A DNA stretch of 64,000 nt from Okamejei kenojei (GCA_035221665.1 CM069142.1:43276001-43340000), one strand, 5' to 3'. Shown: positions 1-12,399, counted from the first letter of the stretch. Notes: generated by a model from the letters alone, not told the origin. A program made the numbers and translations.

Positions 1-476
1 TTGCCAGAAAATGGTTCTCATTTTAACTCTGTTTTCAGCTCCGTTTGCCAATTTCTCCTTGGTGAGGAGGTATTTCTTGGCCCTCTTGGACCAAGTCCTG
101 TGCAACTGGGCATCTGAAGGGCGATCAGTGTAGGTTACCCACTTGCAGGGTGTCATTTGGAACCCTCCTCTAACTGGATTGTACCTTGAATAGCACACGG
201 GTTCTTCAAACTAAGCACACAGCTTTCTGCAAGGGCCTCAATTGTCAAGCCCCTGCCTGTCAGCGGTGAAGGCACATGCAGAATGAGCAAATTATGCTCG
301 AAGATTGTTTTTGAAATGTTATCCATGTGCTTGTAAGGCATGTCAAAATATGCCAATACTCACTTGGCTCCCGCTGAGATCTAAACTTCACGTTGACAAC
401 ACAAAGAGTAATTATTTCATTCATGGAACCCCAAGTAGTTTCCTTGCCGGTAGTGGAGAATCTCAACTGCAGAATA

Positions 477-620
477 TTTTTAGTTTAGAGATGCAGCATG
501 GAAACAGGCCCTTTGGCCCATCGAGTCCATGCCTACCATCGATCACCCATATGCATTAGTTCTATGTTATCCCACTTTTTTGTCCATTCCATACACACTT
601 GGGGTAATTTAAAGAGGCAC
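477..620 (-). mobile_element. HE1-type SINE / CR1-like 3' tail fragment
   Basis: Reads ttttagtttagagatgcagcatggaaacaggccctttggccc..., the reverse complement of the 3' end shared by the fuller SINE copies at 24284 and 15790. Confidence 0.7.
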
Positions 621-671
621 TGGTTGGTCAAATAATTGGCTAGATTGTCCGTAGTGTGTAGATAAGCAGTG

Positions 672-1871
672 CATCACACAGGAGGGCTGGTCCCCTAACA
701 CAATATTCAACCTCTCCACCAATTCCAATATTGGTGGCCAGTGGGGGGGGGGGGGGGGGGGGGCACTAGTATGGGTGTTGTGCGCTGAAAGGGACTGGTT
801 TCCAGAGGGCTAGTATGGACATTGTGGGCCGAATGGATTCTTGGGCTGGCGGCTCAGTCACTCAAGCCTGTTGTGCTGGCAGCTCACTCACAGTGCTGGT
901 GGGCACACAGTCGACTCATGGCTATTCCTTGAAATTCCATTTCAAGCAGGGTGCAAGGGCACCAAATTCAAGTGCAGTTTCATACCATTTCAAGCAGGGT
1001 GCAAGGCTAATAAAGACAGCGAGTCGTGACCTCTCTCTCCCCTATCTTACAGAGACTGAGCCACGCCCACACTTCTGGGTTGTATAGTCCATCCCCCCTC
1101 CCACCAGAAGGGGCGTGGCCTTCATGGCATGATTGACATTTTTCTCAACATTTTTTAAACACTAATAAGTCTTTTATTTTTCATCGATGGGATAAGTCCT
1201 CAGCACCTGATGAGCGGAGGGGGCGCTGAGTAAGATGGCCAAAAACCACAGCCATACATGGTAGCATTTTTTATAAAATCAATATTAAGCGCAAACAGGA
1301 AGTGGTCAAATTAGACTTTTAACTATATATAAGGCAAGGCAGCTCTAATTAGGCAAGGCAGCTCCAATTAGGCAAGATAGCTCTAATTGGGCAAGGCAGC
1401 TCGCTTTAGCACTTTCAAAACCAAAGACAAGGCAGCTCACTTTAGCACTTTCAAAGCCAAAACACACTTTTGCATTTTCAAACTACATTTTAAAACCACA
1501 TTAAGGGCACTGACAGGTCAGTAAAACCACTCACAGTTTAGTAGTCATGTGTTCAGTGTTATTCACAGCTCAGACTGAGAATTGCAACCTCTCGCTCCCC
1601 CATCTTGCAGAGAATTGAGGCACATCCACACTTCTGGGTTTTATAGTCCCTCCGGAAGGGGCGTAGCCTTCAGGAGAGAGAATCACAAAATTAAAGAAAA
1701 ACTATAACTCTTTTATTTTTCATCGATGGGAAAAATCCTTTTGTCCTGCGCAGCGGAGGGGGACTCTGAGTAAGATGGCCAAAAATCACAGCCGTAAGTG
1801 GCAGCGTTTTTTCTAAAATCAATATACAGAACAACAGGAAGTGGTCAAGATCAGACTTTTAATAATATAGA
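672..1871 (-). mobile_element. Non-autonomous Helitron, 3' terminus missing
   Basis: Minus strand starts A|TCTATATTATTAAAAGTCTGATCTTGACCACTTCC, homologous to the 5' end at 8564. Region 672-910 is homologous to the 3' part of the 8564-9382 copy, but the terminal hairpin and CTAG are absent. Confidence 0.75.
1332..1445. repeat. Degenerate ~19-bp minisatellite (aggcaaggcagctctaatt) inside Helitron
   Basis: About 4-5 recognisable units read directly from the sequence. Confidence 0.8.
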
Positions 1872-2209
1872 TGTGAGCTGACATAAACGTGATGGTCTGC
1901 ATGGCCTTTTGATGGTTCTTTCTTGGATCTGTATGAGCAGAGCTCCGCATGGCTGCATTTGACTGGGCACAGATTTCCCCACTCTAAACCTGTTCCCACA
2001 ATGAAAAGAAAGGACGTGCCGCAACCGGATAACCTGACCTGTCACAACAGCCCATGATTTTTACAATGTGTCACATCCAAGACAACTTCAGCTAGGGAAG
2101 GAATAACTACAAAATATCTCTTTTACTTTCTGGAATATTCAAGAGAACGTTACTGTTGAACACTGGATACTCATCAGTGTTTGTAAGTGGGAACTGCATG
2201 TTCTGTGCA

Positions 2210-2570
2210 ATTATAGAGTCATGAAGTCAAACAGCGTGGAAACAGGCCCTTCGGTCCAACTTGCCCACACTGGCCAATATGTCCCATCTACACTAGCACC
2301 ACCTGCCTGCGTTTGTCCCATATCCTTCTAAATCGTTCCTATCCATGTAACTGTCTTAAACGTTGTGATAGTACATGTCTCAATTATCTCCTCCGGCAGC
2401 TCGTTCCATACACCCACCACCCTTTATGTGAAAAGGTTACCCCTCAGGTTCCTATTATATCTTTCCCCCCCCACACTTTAAACCTATATCCACTGGTTCT
2501 CAATTCCTCTACTCTGGGCAAGAGACTATGTGCAACTACCTGATCTATTCTTCTCATGATTTTGCACACA
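2210..2570 (-). mobile_element. CR1-type LINE 3' fragment
   Basis: Resembles the 3' end of the 4170-8558 CR1 (cagcgtggaaacaggccct..., ttccatacacccaccaccctt = antisense of the QRVVGVWN-like terminal coding motif). Confidence 0.7.
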
Positions 2571-3081
2571 GTTGTCCAGGTTTCCTTGGGATTGAGGTTT
2601 GATTGGCTGGCAGCTTTGCTTAGTGGTGAACTTGGTAGAAAAAACGTGAAGACTAAAACATGTGTTGAATATATACCATGCTTTTATGACCTCATACTGA
2701 CACCTTAAATTCGAACGACATCAAATTACCATCTTTTGTCCTCCACCCTCTCTGTTTTCTTTCTTTCTCAGTTCAGATGAAGTTTCTCCAACCTTCTCTT
2801 CCACAGATGCTACATGACTTGCTTTTTCCAGCATTATCTGTTTGGCACCAGGTTATTATTTTGGACTACAACGTGTGAAGTTTATGTTCTGCTACCACTG
2901 TATAGTTCTTGTTTTAGCAGACTTCAGTTCCTGTTGCCATGGTGATGAGATATTTTGCAATACATCCAGCCCGTCAATTAAATATGTTTTGATGTCTATG
3001 CATAAAGATAATACAGGAAACATGGTTGCTAAATTGTATTTGACCCTGACAAAGTCCAACTGAGAAGCAATGTTACAATGA

Positions 3082-3306
3082 CGATGGGCACAAAAGCTGG
3101 AGTAACTCAGCGGGACAGGCAGCATCTCTGGAGAGAAGGAATGGGTGACGCTTCAGGTCGAGACCCTTCTTCAGACTTCTTCAGAACGGTCTCGATCTGA
3201 AATGTCATCCATTCCTTCTCTCCAGAGATGCTGCCTGTTCTGCTGAGGTATTCCAGTTATTTGTGTCTATCTTCGGTTTAAACCACCGTCTGCAGTTCCT
3301 TCCAAT
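3082..3306. mobile_element. Palindromic Penelope-like terminal-repeat insertion with 15-bp TSD
   Basis: Two ~85-bp inverted arms. GCAATGTTACAATGA is duplicated at 3067-3081 and 3307-3321. Arms carry a degenerate CTGAAGA-GGGTCTCGACC-GAAACGTC hammerhead-like core. Confidence 0.75.
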
Positions 3307-4258
3307 GCAATGTTACAATGATCAGATTATCGATTCAAGTGAAATTGGTTGGCCAGAACATCAGGGAGATCATCCCTACCTTTCAATTTATTATTGCATG
3401 ATCTCTTACATCTACCCATCTGTGCTGCACAGAAATCTCAGCGTGCACTCTGTGCAGGTCTCTGCAGTGAGTACTGAACAGGTAACTTTTGGGCTGTCAA
3501 AGAGCCAAGGTGTTCAGTTAAAAACTGTTGTTTTGTTTTGTTGGTGCTTTGCAGGACTTGTGGCCATGAACTCAGTGTCAATGCGTCCTGCACCAGCTAG
3601 CAGTGTTGGTAAGGTACTCTCTCATAAGTCTCCATTCCCAATAACTTTGGTGTCAGTAAGACACAAAAAGACAGAAACATTGAAATAGGCCATTTAGCCC
3701 AAAAGATAGTGTTATTGTTTTGTTCAGAGGTGTCCCTTCCACCCACCAGTGGTCACTCTGTAACCAGACTGTTGCACCTCTCTCCTTTGTCTTTATCTAG
3801 GTTCCCATTTGATACATCCAAACAATTCACCTTGTGTACCATGTCTTTCAATTTAACAGATCCCTGAGGAAAGGTAGTGTTCTGATGTTTGTACTGAACT
3901 TATTAAAGTAAAATTTCAATTATTTGGTATAAACTGATAGTTCAGCATCTCGCTCACTCATTATTGAGTAGTGTGCAGGCACAGGGAGGGTCCAGATTGT
4001 TGCTGGAGCTGGGGTCAGCGGTTAGGATGGATAGGTGTAACCGGAGCCAGGATCCAGAGCACTTGCATATTTTCTGCCTCCCTTTAAAACTACCGGGTGC
4101 CCTAGCAAACTTGTTATAGCACTATGTAACATGAGAAATAGGTTAAATAATGGTGCAATGCTGTATTATAACCATATAACCATATAACAATATAACAATT
4201 ACAGCACGGAAACAGGCCCTCTCGGCCCTTCCAGTCCGTGCCGACCATTTGTTTTCCC

Positions 4259-7060
4259 CTAGTCCCATCTACCTGCACTCAGACCATACCCCTCCATTCC
4301 CTTCACGTCCATATACCTATCCACTTTACTCTTAAATGTTAAAATCGATCCTGCCTCCACCACTTCTGCTGGAAGCTCATTCCACACAGCCACCACCCTC
4401 TGAGTAAAGAAGTTCCCCCTCACGTTACCCCGAAACTTCTGTCCCTTAATTCTCATGTCATGCCCTCTTGTTTGAATCTTCCCTACCCTCAATGGGAAAA
4501 AACGTATCCACGTTAACTCTGTCTATCCCTTTCATCATTTTAAAGACCTCAATCAAGTCCCCCCTTAACCTTCTGCGCTCCAAAGAATAAAGACCTAACT
4601 TGTTCAACCTTTCTCTGTAACATAGTTGCTGGAACCCTGGCAACATTCTAGTAAATCTCCTCTGTACTCTCTCTATTTTGTTGACATCCTTCCTATAACT
4701 AGGCGACCAAAATTGTACACCATACTCCAGAATTAGTCTTACCAATGCCTTGTACAATTTTAACGTTACTTCCCTACTCCTATATTCAATGCTCTGATTT
4801 ATAAAGGCCAGCACACCAAAGGCTTTCTTTACCACCCTATCTACATGTGATTCCACCTTCAGGGAACTATGCACAGTTATTCCTAGATCCCTCTGTTCCA
4901 CAGCATTCCTCAATTCCCTACCATTTACCATGTACGTCCTATTTTGATTTGTCCTGCCAAGATGGAGCACTTCACACTTAACAGCATTAAACTCCATCTG
5001 CCATCTTTCAACCCACTTTTCCAAATGGCCCAATATCTCTGTAGACTTTGAAAATCTACTTCATTATCCACAACACCACCTATCTTAGTATCATCTGCAT
5101 ACTTACTTATCCAATTTTCCACCCCATCATCCAGATCATTGATGTACATGACAAACAACAGTGGACCCAACACAGATCCCTGAGGCACCCCACTGGTCAC
5201 CGGCTTCCAACCTGACAAACAGCCATCCACCATTACTCTCCCTTTCAGCCACTGTTGAATCCATCTTCCTACTCCGCCATTAACACCCAAAGATTGAACC
5301 TTCTTAACCAACCTTCCATGGGGAACCTTGTCAAAGGCCTTACTGAAATCCATATAGACAACATCCACTGCTTTACCCTCATCAATTTCCCTAGTTACCG
5401 CTTCAAAAAATTCAAGAAGGTTTGTCAAACATGACCTTCCAGGCACAAATCCATGTTGACTGTTCCTGATCAGACCCTGTTTATCCAGATGCTTGTATAT
5501 ATTATCTCTAAGTATCCTTTCCATTAATTTGCCCACCACTGACGTCAAACTAATAGGTCTATAATTGCTAGGTTTATTCTTTGAACCCTTTTTAAACAAT
5601 GGAACAACATGCGCAGTACGCCAATCCTCCGGCACTATTCCCGTTTCTAATGACATTTGAAATATTTCTGTCATAGCTCCTGCTATTTCTACACTAACTT
5701 CCCTCAATGTCCTAGGGAATATCCTGTCAGGACCTGGAGACTTATCCACTTTTATATTTTTCAAAAGTGTCAGTACTTCCTCCTCTTTGAATCTCATAGT
5801 TTCCATAGCTACTCTACTTTTTCCCCTTAACTCACAGAGTTCATTATCCTTCTCCTTGGTGAATACCGAAGAAAAGAAATTGTTCAATATCTCCCCCATC
5901 TCTTTTGGCTCTGCAGATAGCTGTCCATTCTGGTTCTCTAATGGTCCGATTTTATCCCTCGTTATCCTTTTGCTATTAATATAGCTGTAGAAACCCTTTG
6001 GGTTTACTTTCACCTTTCTTGCCAAAGCAACCTCATATCTTCTTTTAGCCTTCCTAATTTATTTCTTAAGATTCTTTTTACATTCTTTATACTCCTCTAG
6101 CACCTCATTTACTCCATGCCTCCTGTAATTATTGTAGATATCTTTCTTTTTTCGAAACAAGTGTCCAATTTCCCTTGAAAACCATGGCTCTTTCCAATTT
6201 TTACTATTTCCTTTCAACCTAACAGGGACATAAAGATTCTGTACTCTTACAATTTCCCCTTTAAATGTCCTCCATTTCTCTTCTACATCCTTCCCATGAA
6301 ACAAAGTGTCCTAATTCACTCCTTTAAAATCCTTACGCATTCCCTCAAAGTTAGCCTTTCTCCAATCAAAAATCTCCACCCTAGGTCCAGTTCTGACTCT
6401 CTCCATAATTATATTGAAACTAATGGTATTGTGATCACTGGTCCCGAAGTGCTCACCAAAGCATACCTCCGTCACCTGACCTGCCTCATTTCCTAACAGG
6501 AGGTCCAGCACTGCCCCTTCTCTGGTCGATACCTCTATGTACTGCTGCAAAAAACTATCCTGCACACATTTTACAAACTCCAAACCATCCAGCCCATTTA
6601 CAGAATGTCTTTCCCAGTCTATTTTTGGAAAATTGAAATCTCCCACAATCACTACCTTGTGCTTACTACTAATATCTGCTATCTCCTTACATATTTGCTC
6701 TTCCAATTCTCGCTCTCCATTTGGCGGTCTATAATACACCCCTAAAAGTGTTGCTACACCGTTCCCACTTCTCAGTTCCACCCAAATAGCCTCCCTAGAC
6801 GAGCCCTCTAATCTATCCTGCCAAAGCACTGCTGTAATATCTTCTCTGACAAGCAATGCAACACCTCCCCCTCTGGTCCCTCCAATTCTATCACACCTGA
6901 AGCAACGAAATCCTGGAATATTTAGTTTCCAATCACAGCCCTCCTGCAACCATGTTTCACTGATTGCCACAACATCATATTTCCAGGTGTCAATCCAGGC
7001 TCTAAGTTCATCCACCTTACTTACAATGCTCCTAGCATTAAAATATACACATTTTAGAAA
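4259..7060 (-). pseudogene. CR1 ORF2 (AP endonuclease + reverse transcriptase), disrupted
   Basis: APE motifs ISETW, YRPP, GDFN, LDL, SDH (6311-7015). RT motifs PGPD, YRPISLTS, QHGF, DFSKAFD, GVPQGSVLGP, YADD (4925-6025), and CR1 C-terminus LERRRLRGDLIE/FFTQRVV. In-frame stops at 6311-6313 and 6059-6061; frameshifts near 5035 and 4495. Confidence 0.95.
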
Positions 7061-7212
7061 CCCACCATCCCTTATTCTCTGTCTATTATCTTTTTCATCT
7101 TTCTCGCCTACATTTTGGATCCGAGTGCTTCCCTTCTCTGCCTCTTACCCCACACCCTGACCCCTAGCCCCCTCTACCCGAGTCCCTCCCCCCAGCCTTT
7201 CTAGTTTAAAGT

Positions 7213-8133
7213 CTACCCAGTAGCCTTTGCAAATCTCCCTGCCAGGATATCGGTCCCCCTCGGGTTCAAGTGCAACCCGTCCTTTGTGTACAGATCATGC
7301 CTTCCCCAAAAGAGGTCCCAGTGATCAAGGAACTTGAATCCCTGCCCACTGCACCAGTCCCTCAGCCACGCATTTATCCTCCACCTCATTTCATTCCTAC
7401 TCTCACTGTCTCGTGGCACAGGCAGTAATCCTGAAATCGTTACCCTTTTGGTCCTTCTCCTTAACTTTCCCCCCAACTCCCTAAATTCTCCCTTCAGGAC
7501 CTCGTCACTTTTTCTGCCTATGTCATTGGTACCTATGTGTACCACAACATCAGGCTCCTCTCCCTCCCTTATCAGAATCTTTTGTACACGTTCTGACACA
7601 TGCGAGACCCTGGCACCAGGGAGGCAAACTACCATCCGGGTCCCCCGACTGCGTCCACAGAATCGCCTATCCAACCCCCTAACTATAAAGTCCCCTATTA
7701 CAATTGCCCTCCTCTTTTTGCTACCCTTCTGAGCATCAGGGCCGGTCTCTGTGCCGGAAGTCCGGCCGCTGTTGCTGCCCCCAGCTAGGCTGTCCCCTCC
7801 AATCGTACTCAAACCCGAGTACCCATTTTCCAGGTGCACGGTCACAGGGGTACTCTCTAGCCCCTGCCTCTGCCCCTTGCCCTTCCTAACCGTGACCCAC
7901 TTGTCTGCCTCCTGTGGTCTGGGAGTTACTACCTCCCTGTAGCTCCTCTCTATTACCTCCTCACTCTCCCTGACCAGACGGAGGTCATCGAGCTGCTGCT
8001 CTAGGTTCCTAACGCAGTCCTTTAGGAGCCCCATCTCGACACACCTGGCGCAGATGTGGATGTCTGGAGGGCTATCAGATTCCCTGACCTCCCACATCTG
8101 ACAATCAAAACAGTACACTGCTCTTGCCTTCAT
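7213..8133 (-). CDS. CR1 ORF1p (CxxC...CxxC zinc finger, coiled coil, SGNH/GDSL esterase-like domain)
   Basis: Open 306-aa ORF with CFDC..CARC, LEQQLDDLRL, IVIGDFIVR (GDS block with S>F), HIGTND, DGLHLN. Confidence 0.9.
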   Translation of the reverse strand: MKARAVYCFDCQMWEVRESDSPPDIHICARCVEMGLLKDCVRNLEQQLDDLRLVRESEEVIERSYREVVTPRPQEADKWVTVRKGKGQRQGLESTPVTVHLENGYSGLSTIGGDSLAGGSNSGRTSGTETGPDAQKGSKKRRAIVIGDFIVRGLDRRFCGRSRGTRMVVCLPGARVSHVSERVQKILIREGEEPDVVVHIGTNDIGRKSDEVLKGEFRELGGKLRRRTKRVTISGLLPVPRDSESRNEMRWRINAWLRDWCSGQGFKFLDHWDLFWGRHDLYTKDGLHLNPRGTDILAGRFAKATG

Positions 8134-8295
8134 ACTGCCCCCTTACACAGGATACAATATCAACACAATACAAAGTACACAACAAACTGCTGGGATCTGA
8201 CTGCCAATCAGCTGCTTTCCCTAGTCCACTTCCCACCAATCAGCGGCTTCCTCAAAAAAACCCACTTCTCCAAATGGAATGTTATGGATTTCGGT

Positions 8296-8558
8296 AAAAA
8301 CAAGCCCCGCGCTTGATTTTAAACCTTACCAGTCGGGTGTCGCACCTCCCCCTCCTCCTCTTCTTCCAACGGCTCCTGTGGGCCTCTGAAAAAACAAGCC
8401 CCGCGCTTGATTTTAAACCTTACCGGTCGGGTGTCGCTCCTCCCCCTCCTTCTCTTCCAACGGCTCCTGTGGGCCTCTGAAAAAACAAGCCCCGCGCTTG
8501 ATGTTAAACCTTACCGGTCGGGTGTCGCTCCTCCCCCTCCTTCTCTTCCAACGGCTCC
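8296..8558 (-). repeat. ~3 tandem 91-94-bp monomers at the CR1 5' end
   Basis: caagccccgcgcttgat recurs at 8301, 8395 and 8486. Confidence 0.9.
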
Positions 8559-8563
8559 AATTA

Positions 8564-9382
8564 TCTATACTATTACTAAAAAACTCACCTTGACCACCTC
8601 CGGTCTACGTGGTAAATAAATGTGCGCAAAAATGCAACCCTATATCGCTATGATTTTTTCGCCATCTTACTCACCATTCTCCTCTGCTCCAAGCACCCCA
8701 AGTTTTGTTCCGAAAGGTGAAATAATAAAAAAAAGTTATGAAGGTTTAAAAATCGTGAGATCAGCAGATTGGTCTTCTCGCCTGTCATCCACCATGAGGG
8801 TAAAGCCCCTTCCTGGGGCCATGAGAATAGAGCCCCGGATGCCAGGGTGTGAGTCAGTCAGCCCAGACGACCGTGAGTGAAAGTTGAATCCAGAACTGTG
8901 AGTCTACGCCGTGCTGACCGAACTGTGAGTCTACAAGCCGTGAGTGAGCGTTGAGTCCGGAACTGTGAGTGCTCCAGCTGTAACTGAGTGAATGTGAATC
9001 TACAAGCCGTGGCTCACTCCGGAAGTTGCACGCCCTCCAGAAGTCGCGTTCACTCCGGAAGTCGCCCTCTCTCTGGAAGTCACGCTCACCCCAGATGGAG
9101 AGTGTGTGTGTGTGAGCCCACCAGCTGTGAGTGAGTGAACTGCCAGCCCACCAGCCGTGACTGACTGAACAGTGAGTCCAAAAATTCATTCGGCCCACAA
9201 TTCATTCGGCCCTCTGGAAACCAGTCCATTCGTCCCACAACACCCATACTAGCACTCAAGACGGCCCCCCCCCTCCCCCACACTGGCCACCAATATTGGA
9301 ATTGGTGGAGAGGTAGAATATTGCATTGGGGGACCAGCACTCCCGTGTGACAATGGGACCCAACAGGTCCCACTTAGTCTAG
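8564..9382 (+). mobile_element. Complete non-autonomous Helitron
   Basis: 5' TC (8564) after A, GC hairpin GGGACC-caaca-GGTCCC (9355-9371), 3' CTAG (9379-9382) followed by T, no TSD, internal short degenerate repeats. Confidence 0.85.
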
Positions 9383-11234
9383 TTAGAAGTAGCATCCAAT
9401 TGCACAAAAAACCTACTATTGTGGCACCACAATTGTCCCTATTATCAGGGTTTGCTTCAATTACTATAATATAATTAGGATTCACAAATACATATATTCC
9501 CCAAAATGTGTGGAAAATACTTCTCTTGGTCCAGAGGGAAAAGAGCTAAGCCTGATCAATTTTTAGTACTGCCTTACATTTTTTTTCTTTTACAGGTTCT
9601 TATATTCATTGTATGCTCCTTCTTCCAGACATCTTTCCTCTCCACAGTGGCAGGCACCTCGTGTTTTGCTGCCTTGGTGGAACGTGCCTTTAAGGACTAA
9701 CAGCAGAATTGTCTCTCTTGCAAGCTGCTGGCCTTGTTTCAAGGCTTTATTCTGGGCGTAAATCACCCTAATGCAAACTACTTTCACAAATGTTTGAAAG
9801 GGTCTTGAATTGGTGCTTGGGCACCAAAAAATTCCCAGCTGAAATCCAATTGCCAATGTTTTACATTTTTGTTTTAATGGACTATTAACCTGTGTTGCCC
9901 TTCAGTAATTTGTGGTTTTGCGGCTCACTCTGTGTCTCTAGACCAAGGAGCATGTGGTCTCCCTGTCATTCCTACCAAATTATCACCATCTCATGCATAA
10001 CTGCATTGCAAATAATTTTTCCACGACACACCCACTCTGTTAGTTTATTACTTCTGCCTCGTGTTTTATCCTCCCCCTGTATTAATGGCTTGATTTGGGG
10101 TTGATCATAAATTCTAGAAATTCTACTTCCAAACAAAAGCTTTTTATTTAGTGTGCATAACATTGGGAAAGGGCACCTGACAGAGGTGTAATCATGGAAA
10201 TGGCTGCCAGGCTATAATGGAGGTGGGTTTTAACTGGGGTCTCAAAGGAAATGAGAGCTCCAGTATCCTGCTCAAATGTTTCCTGTAGCACTTGTGTCAC
10301 TTTCGTGTTTTTCTTCTACTTTTACTTGGCTTACTGCTGTCAGAATGAAACACTCAAATTGAAAGGCCTTTATATAATTTGACACAACAAGCTTCTGGGA
10401 TTTGTGTCAAAGACTTGCTGAAAAGGCTGGTCAGAGCTTCTGTACTTCCACAAGTGAAAATATTCATCTTTTATTAAAGTGTTTCGTCATTCGGAAACAC
10501 AATATTCACAAATGTTTGAAAAGGGATTTTTTGTTGTTGCAATAGTAAAGGGAAAGCCTGGGAAAGTGACCAGCTATAGGTTATCAGATGATTCTCATGC
10601 GGTAAACAGGAGATCTGAGGGTAATGGAGGTGGAGAGCAATGCAACAGGATCAGTGCAGCAATGATCTGGCAAAGACACTGCAGTTATAAAGCCTCCCTT
10701 GGTGTAGGGGGCCTTCACTAAAGTGTGAACGATGGACAGACTGGTGACTTTATGGTGACGGGATTGTTGCTGTGATAAATGAAAAGAAGCAACTGATTAA
10801 GAAGCATGAAACAGCACAATTTAGAAAGCGGCCCATTTGGTCCAATGTGTCGTTGTCAGCTGCTTGGACGAGCTTGCCAATTAACGCTGCTCCCACACTG
10901 TCACTTCATGGCTTTGTAATATTTTCCAATTCGAGTCATTTGCTTTTGAAATTCATGACTGACTCTGCTTCCAACACCCTTTCTTGAACTTGCTCCATAA
11001 AAACATTGGCTCGTCTCTCCTCTCTCACCTCTCAGCAACTGAAAGTCAGCTTGAAGTTAAGGGTCGGTAGGTGCCACCACCGACTGTAAATGTGCTGGAT
11101 TTAGACATGCTTTCCATAATCTATATGTGAGGAATTCACCAGTGTTGCTAATTATCGCAGGGTTTCGTTGGTTTCCAACGAGCCACACCAGCTTATTTTA
11201 GCTTGCACAGGTTGGTGCACATCCCAGCTCAATG

Positions 11235-11722
11235 TTTAGTTTAATTTATTGTCACATGCTCCGACGTAGAGTGAAAAGGTTTTGTTGCGTGATAACCGGT
11301 TAACAGAAAGATTATACATGATTACAATCGAGTCATCCCCAGTGTACAGATACACGATATAAGGGAATAACATTTAGTGCACGATAAAGTCCAGTTAAAG
11401 ATAGTCTGAGGGTCTCCAATGAGATAGATAGTAGTTCAGACCTACTCTCTAGTTGCTGATAGGATGGTTCAGTTGTCTGATAACAGCTGGGAATAAATTC
11501 TCCCTGAATCTGGAGGTGTGCATTTTCACACTTCTGTACCTCTTGCTTGAAGGGGGACGGGAGAAGAGAGAGTGACCGGGGTCAGACTCGTCCTTGATTA
11601 TGCTGGTGGCCTTGTTGAGGCAGCATGAAGTATAAATGGAGTCAATGGAAGAGAGGTTGGTTTGGATGATGGCCGGGGCTCGGTCCACAATTCTCTGCAA
11701 TTTCTTGCGGTCTTGGATGGAG
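11235..11722 (-). mobile_element. Rex1/Babar-like LINE 3' fragment
   Basis: ORF 11449-11700 encodes the C-terminal motif SIIKD..PGHSLF..PSSKRYRS...RF.. FPAVIRQLN. The tail has gtgacaataaa plus a short repeat. Confidence 0.8.
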
Positions 11723-12139
11723 CAATGTCACTGATCAACAGAGATGAATGCAAGAAGGATGATTCCGAACATAAAAACAGGCCCTTCGGCCCTCCAAATC
11801 TATGTGGACCATCAACACAAATGCCATATTAGTCTCACTTTTTATTCTCCCCACATTCTGATCAACCTGCTCCAGATTCTACCGTTCACATAACCAGTAG
11901 GAATTTACCCATGCAGGAAGGAACTGCAGATGCTAGTTTACACCAAAGATAGACACAAAATGCTGGAGTAACCTAGCGGGCCAGGCAGCATCTCTGGAGA
12001 AATGTCACTATAAATACCTTAGTCTCACGCAGGTTGAAGCACAAGCATCTTTATTGTCTAGTTCATCATTACTCATGCAGTACATCCCATGTTCAGTCTA
12101 CTGCAGCCACTGCCAGGCAGCAGGCTAGTTCTTACACTA

Positions 12140-12328
12140 TAAATCATATAATTAGGCAGAGTTATGTACTAAGCATTCAGATTGGCTAACATGCAATAGC
12201 CAAAAAAAGCCAGGACTTAAGCAAAAAAGGGTTCTTGGGGATAAAAGGGGTACCTTAAATTTAGTTGCGTCTGTTTGGGTAACTTTGGTAGGGTGAAGAC
12301 TATTCCATGCTTTAATTGTGCGGGGAAA
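12140..12328 (-). mobile_element. CR1/L2-group LINE 3' coding remnant
   Basis: Minus strand translates FPRTIKAWNSLHP..KFK, like the FFPRTIxxWNxLP terminal motif. Confidence 0.5.
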
Positions 12329-12399
12329 CAGCCAGCAACTCTGGATAGAAGAAATTGGGTGACATTTCGGGTAGAGACCCTGCTTTAGACTCCCTCTGG

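Larger units (their letters stand above)
4170..8558 (-). mobile_element. Near full-length CR1-clade LINE
   Basis: ORF1 plus disrupted ORF2 (APE + RT). The 3' end has a GGCCCTCTCGGCCC-type stem and a (TTATATGG/TTATATTG)-like short repeat tail. The 5' UTR has tandem monomers. Confidence 0.95.

Noticed and set aside
742-764. Long G/C homopolymers (also 59664, 61272, 63007) as G-quadruplex elements
   Set aside because: They lie inside repeats, and homopolymer length is unreliable; no independent support.
3944-4162. Possible small TIR element (cagcatctcgc...gtgcaatgctg)
   Set aside because: Only about 6 bp of terminal complementarity and no TSD.
8296-8558. CRISPR-like array
   Set aside because: Units are contiguous tandem copies without unique spacers; eukaryotic LINE context, no cas genes.
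9575-9700. Strong splice acceptor (ttttttcttttacag) and possible exon
   Set aside because: No recognisable protein in any frame and no convincing downstream donor.
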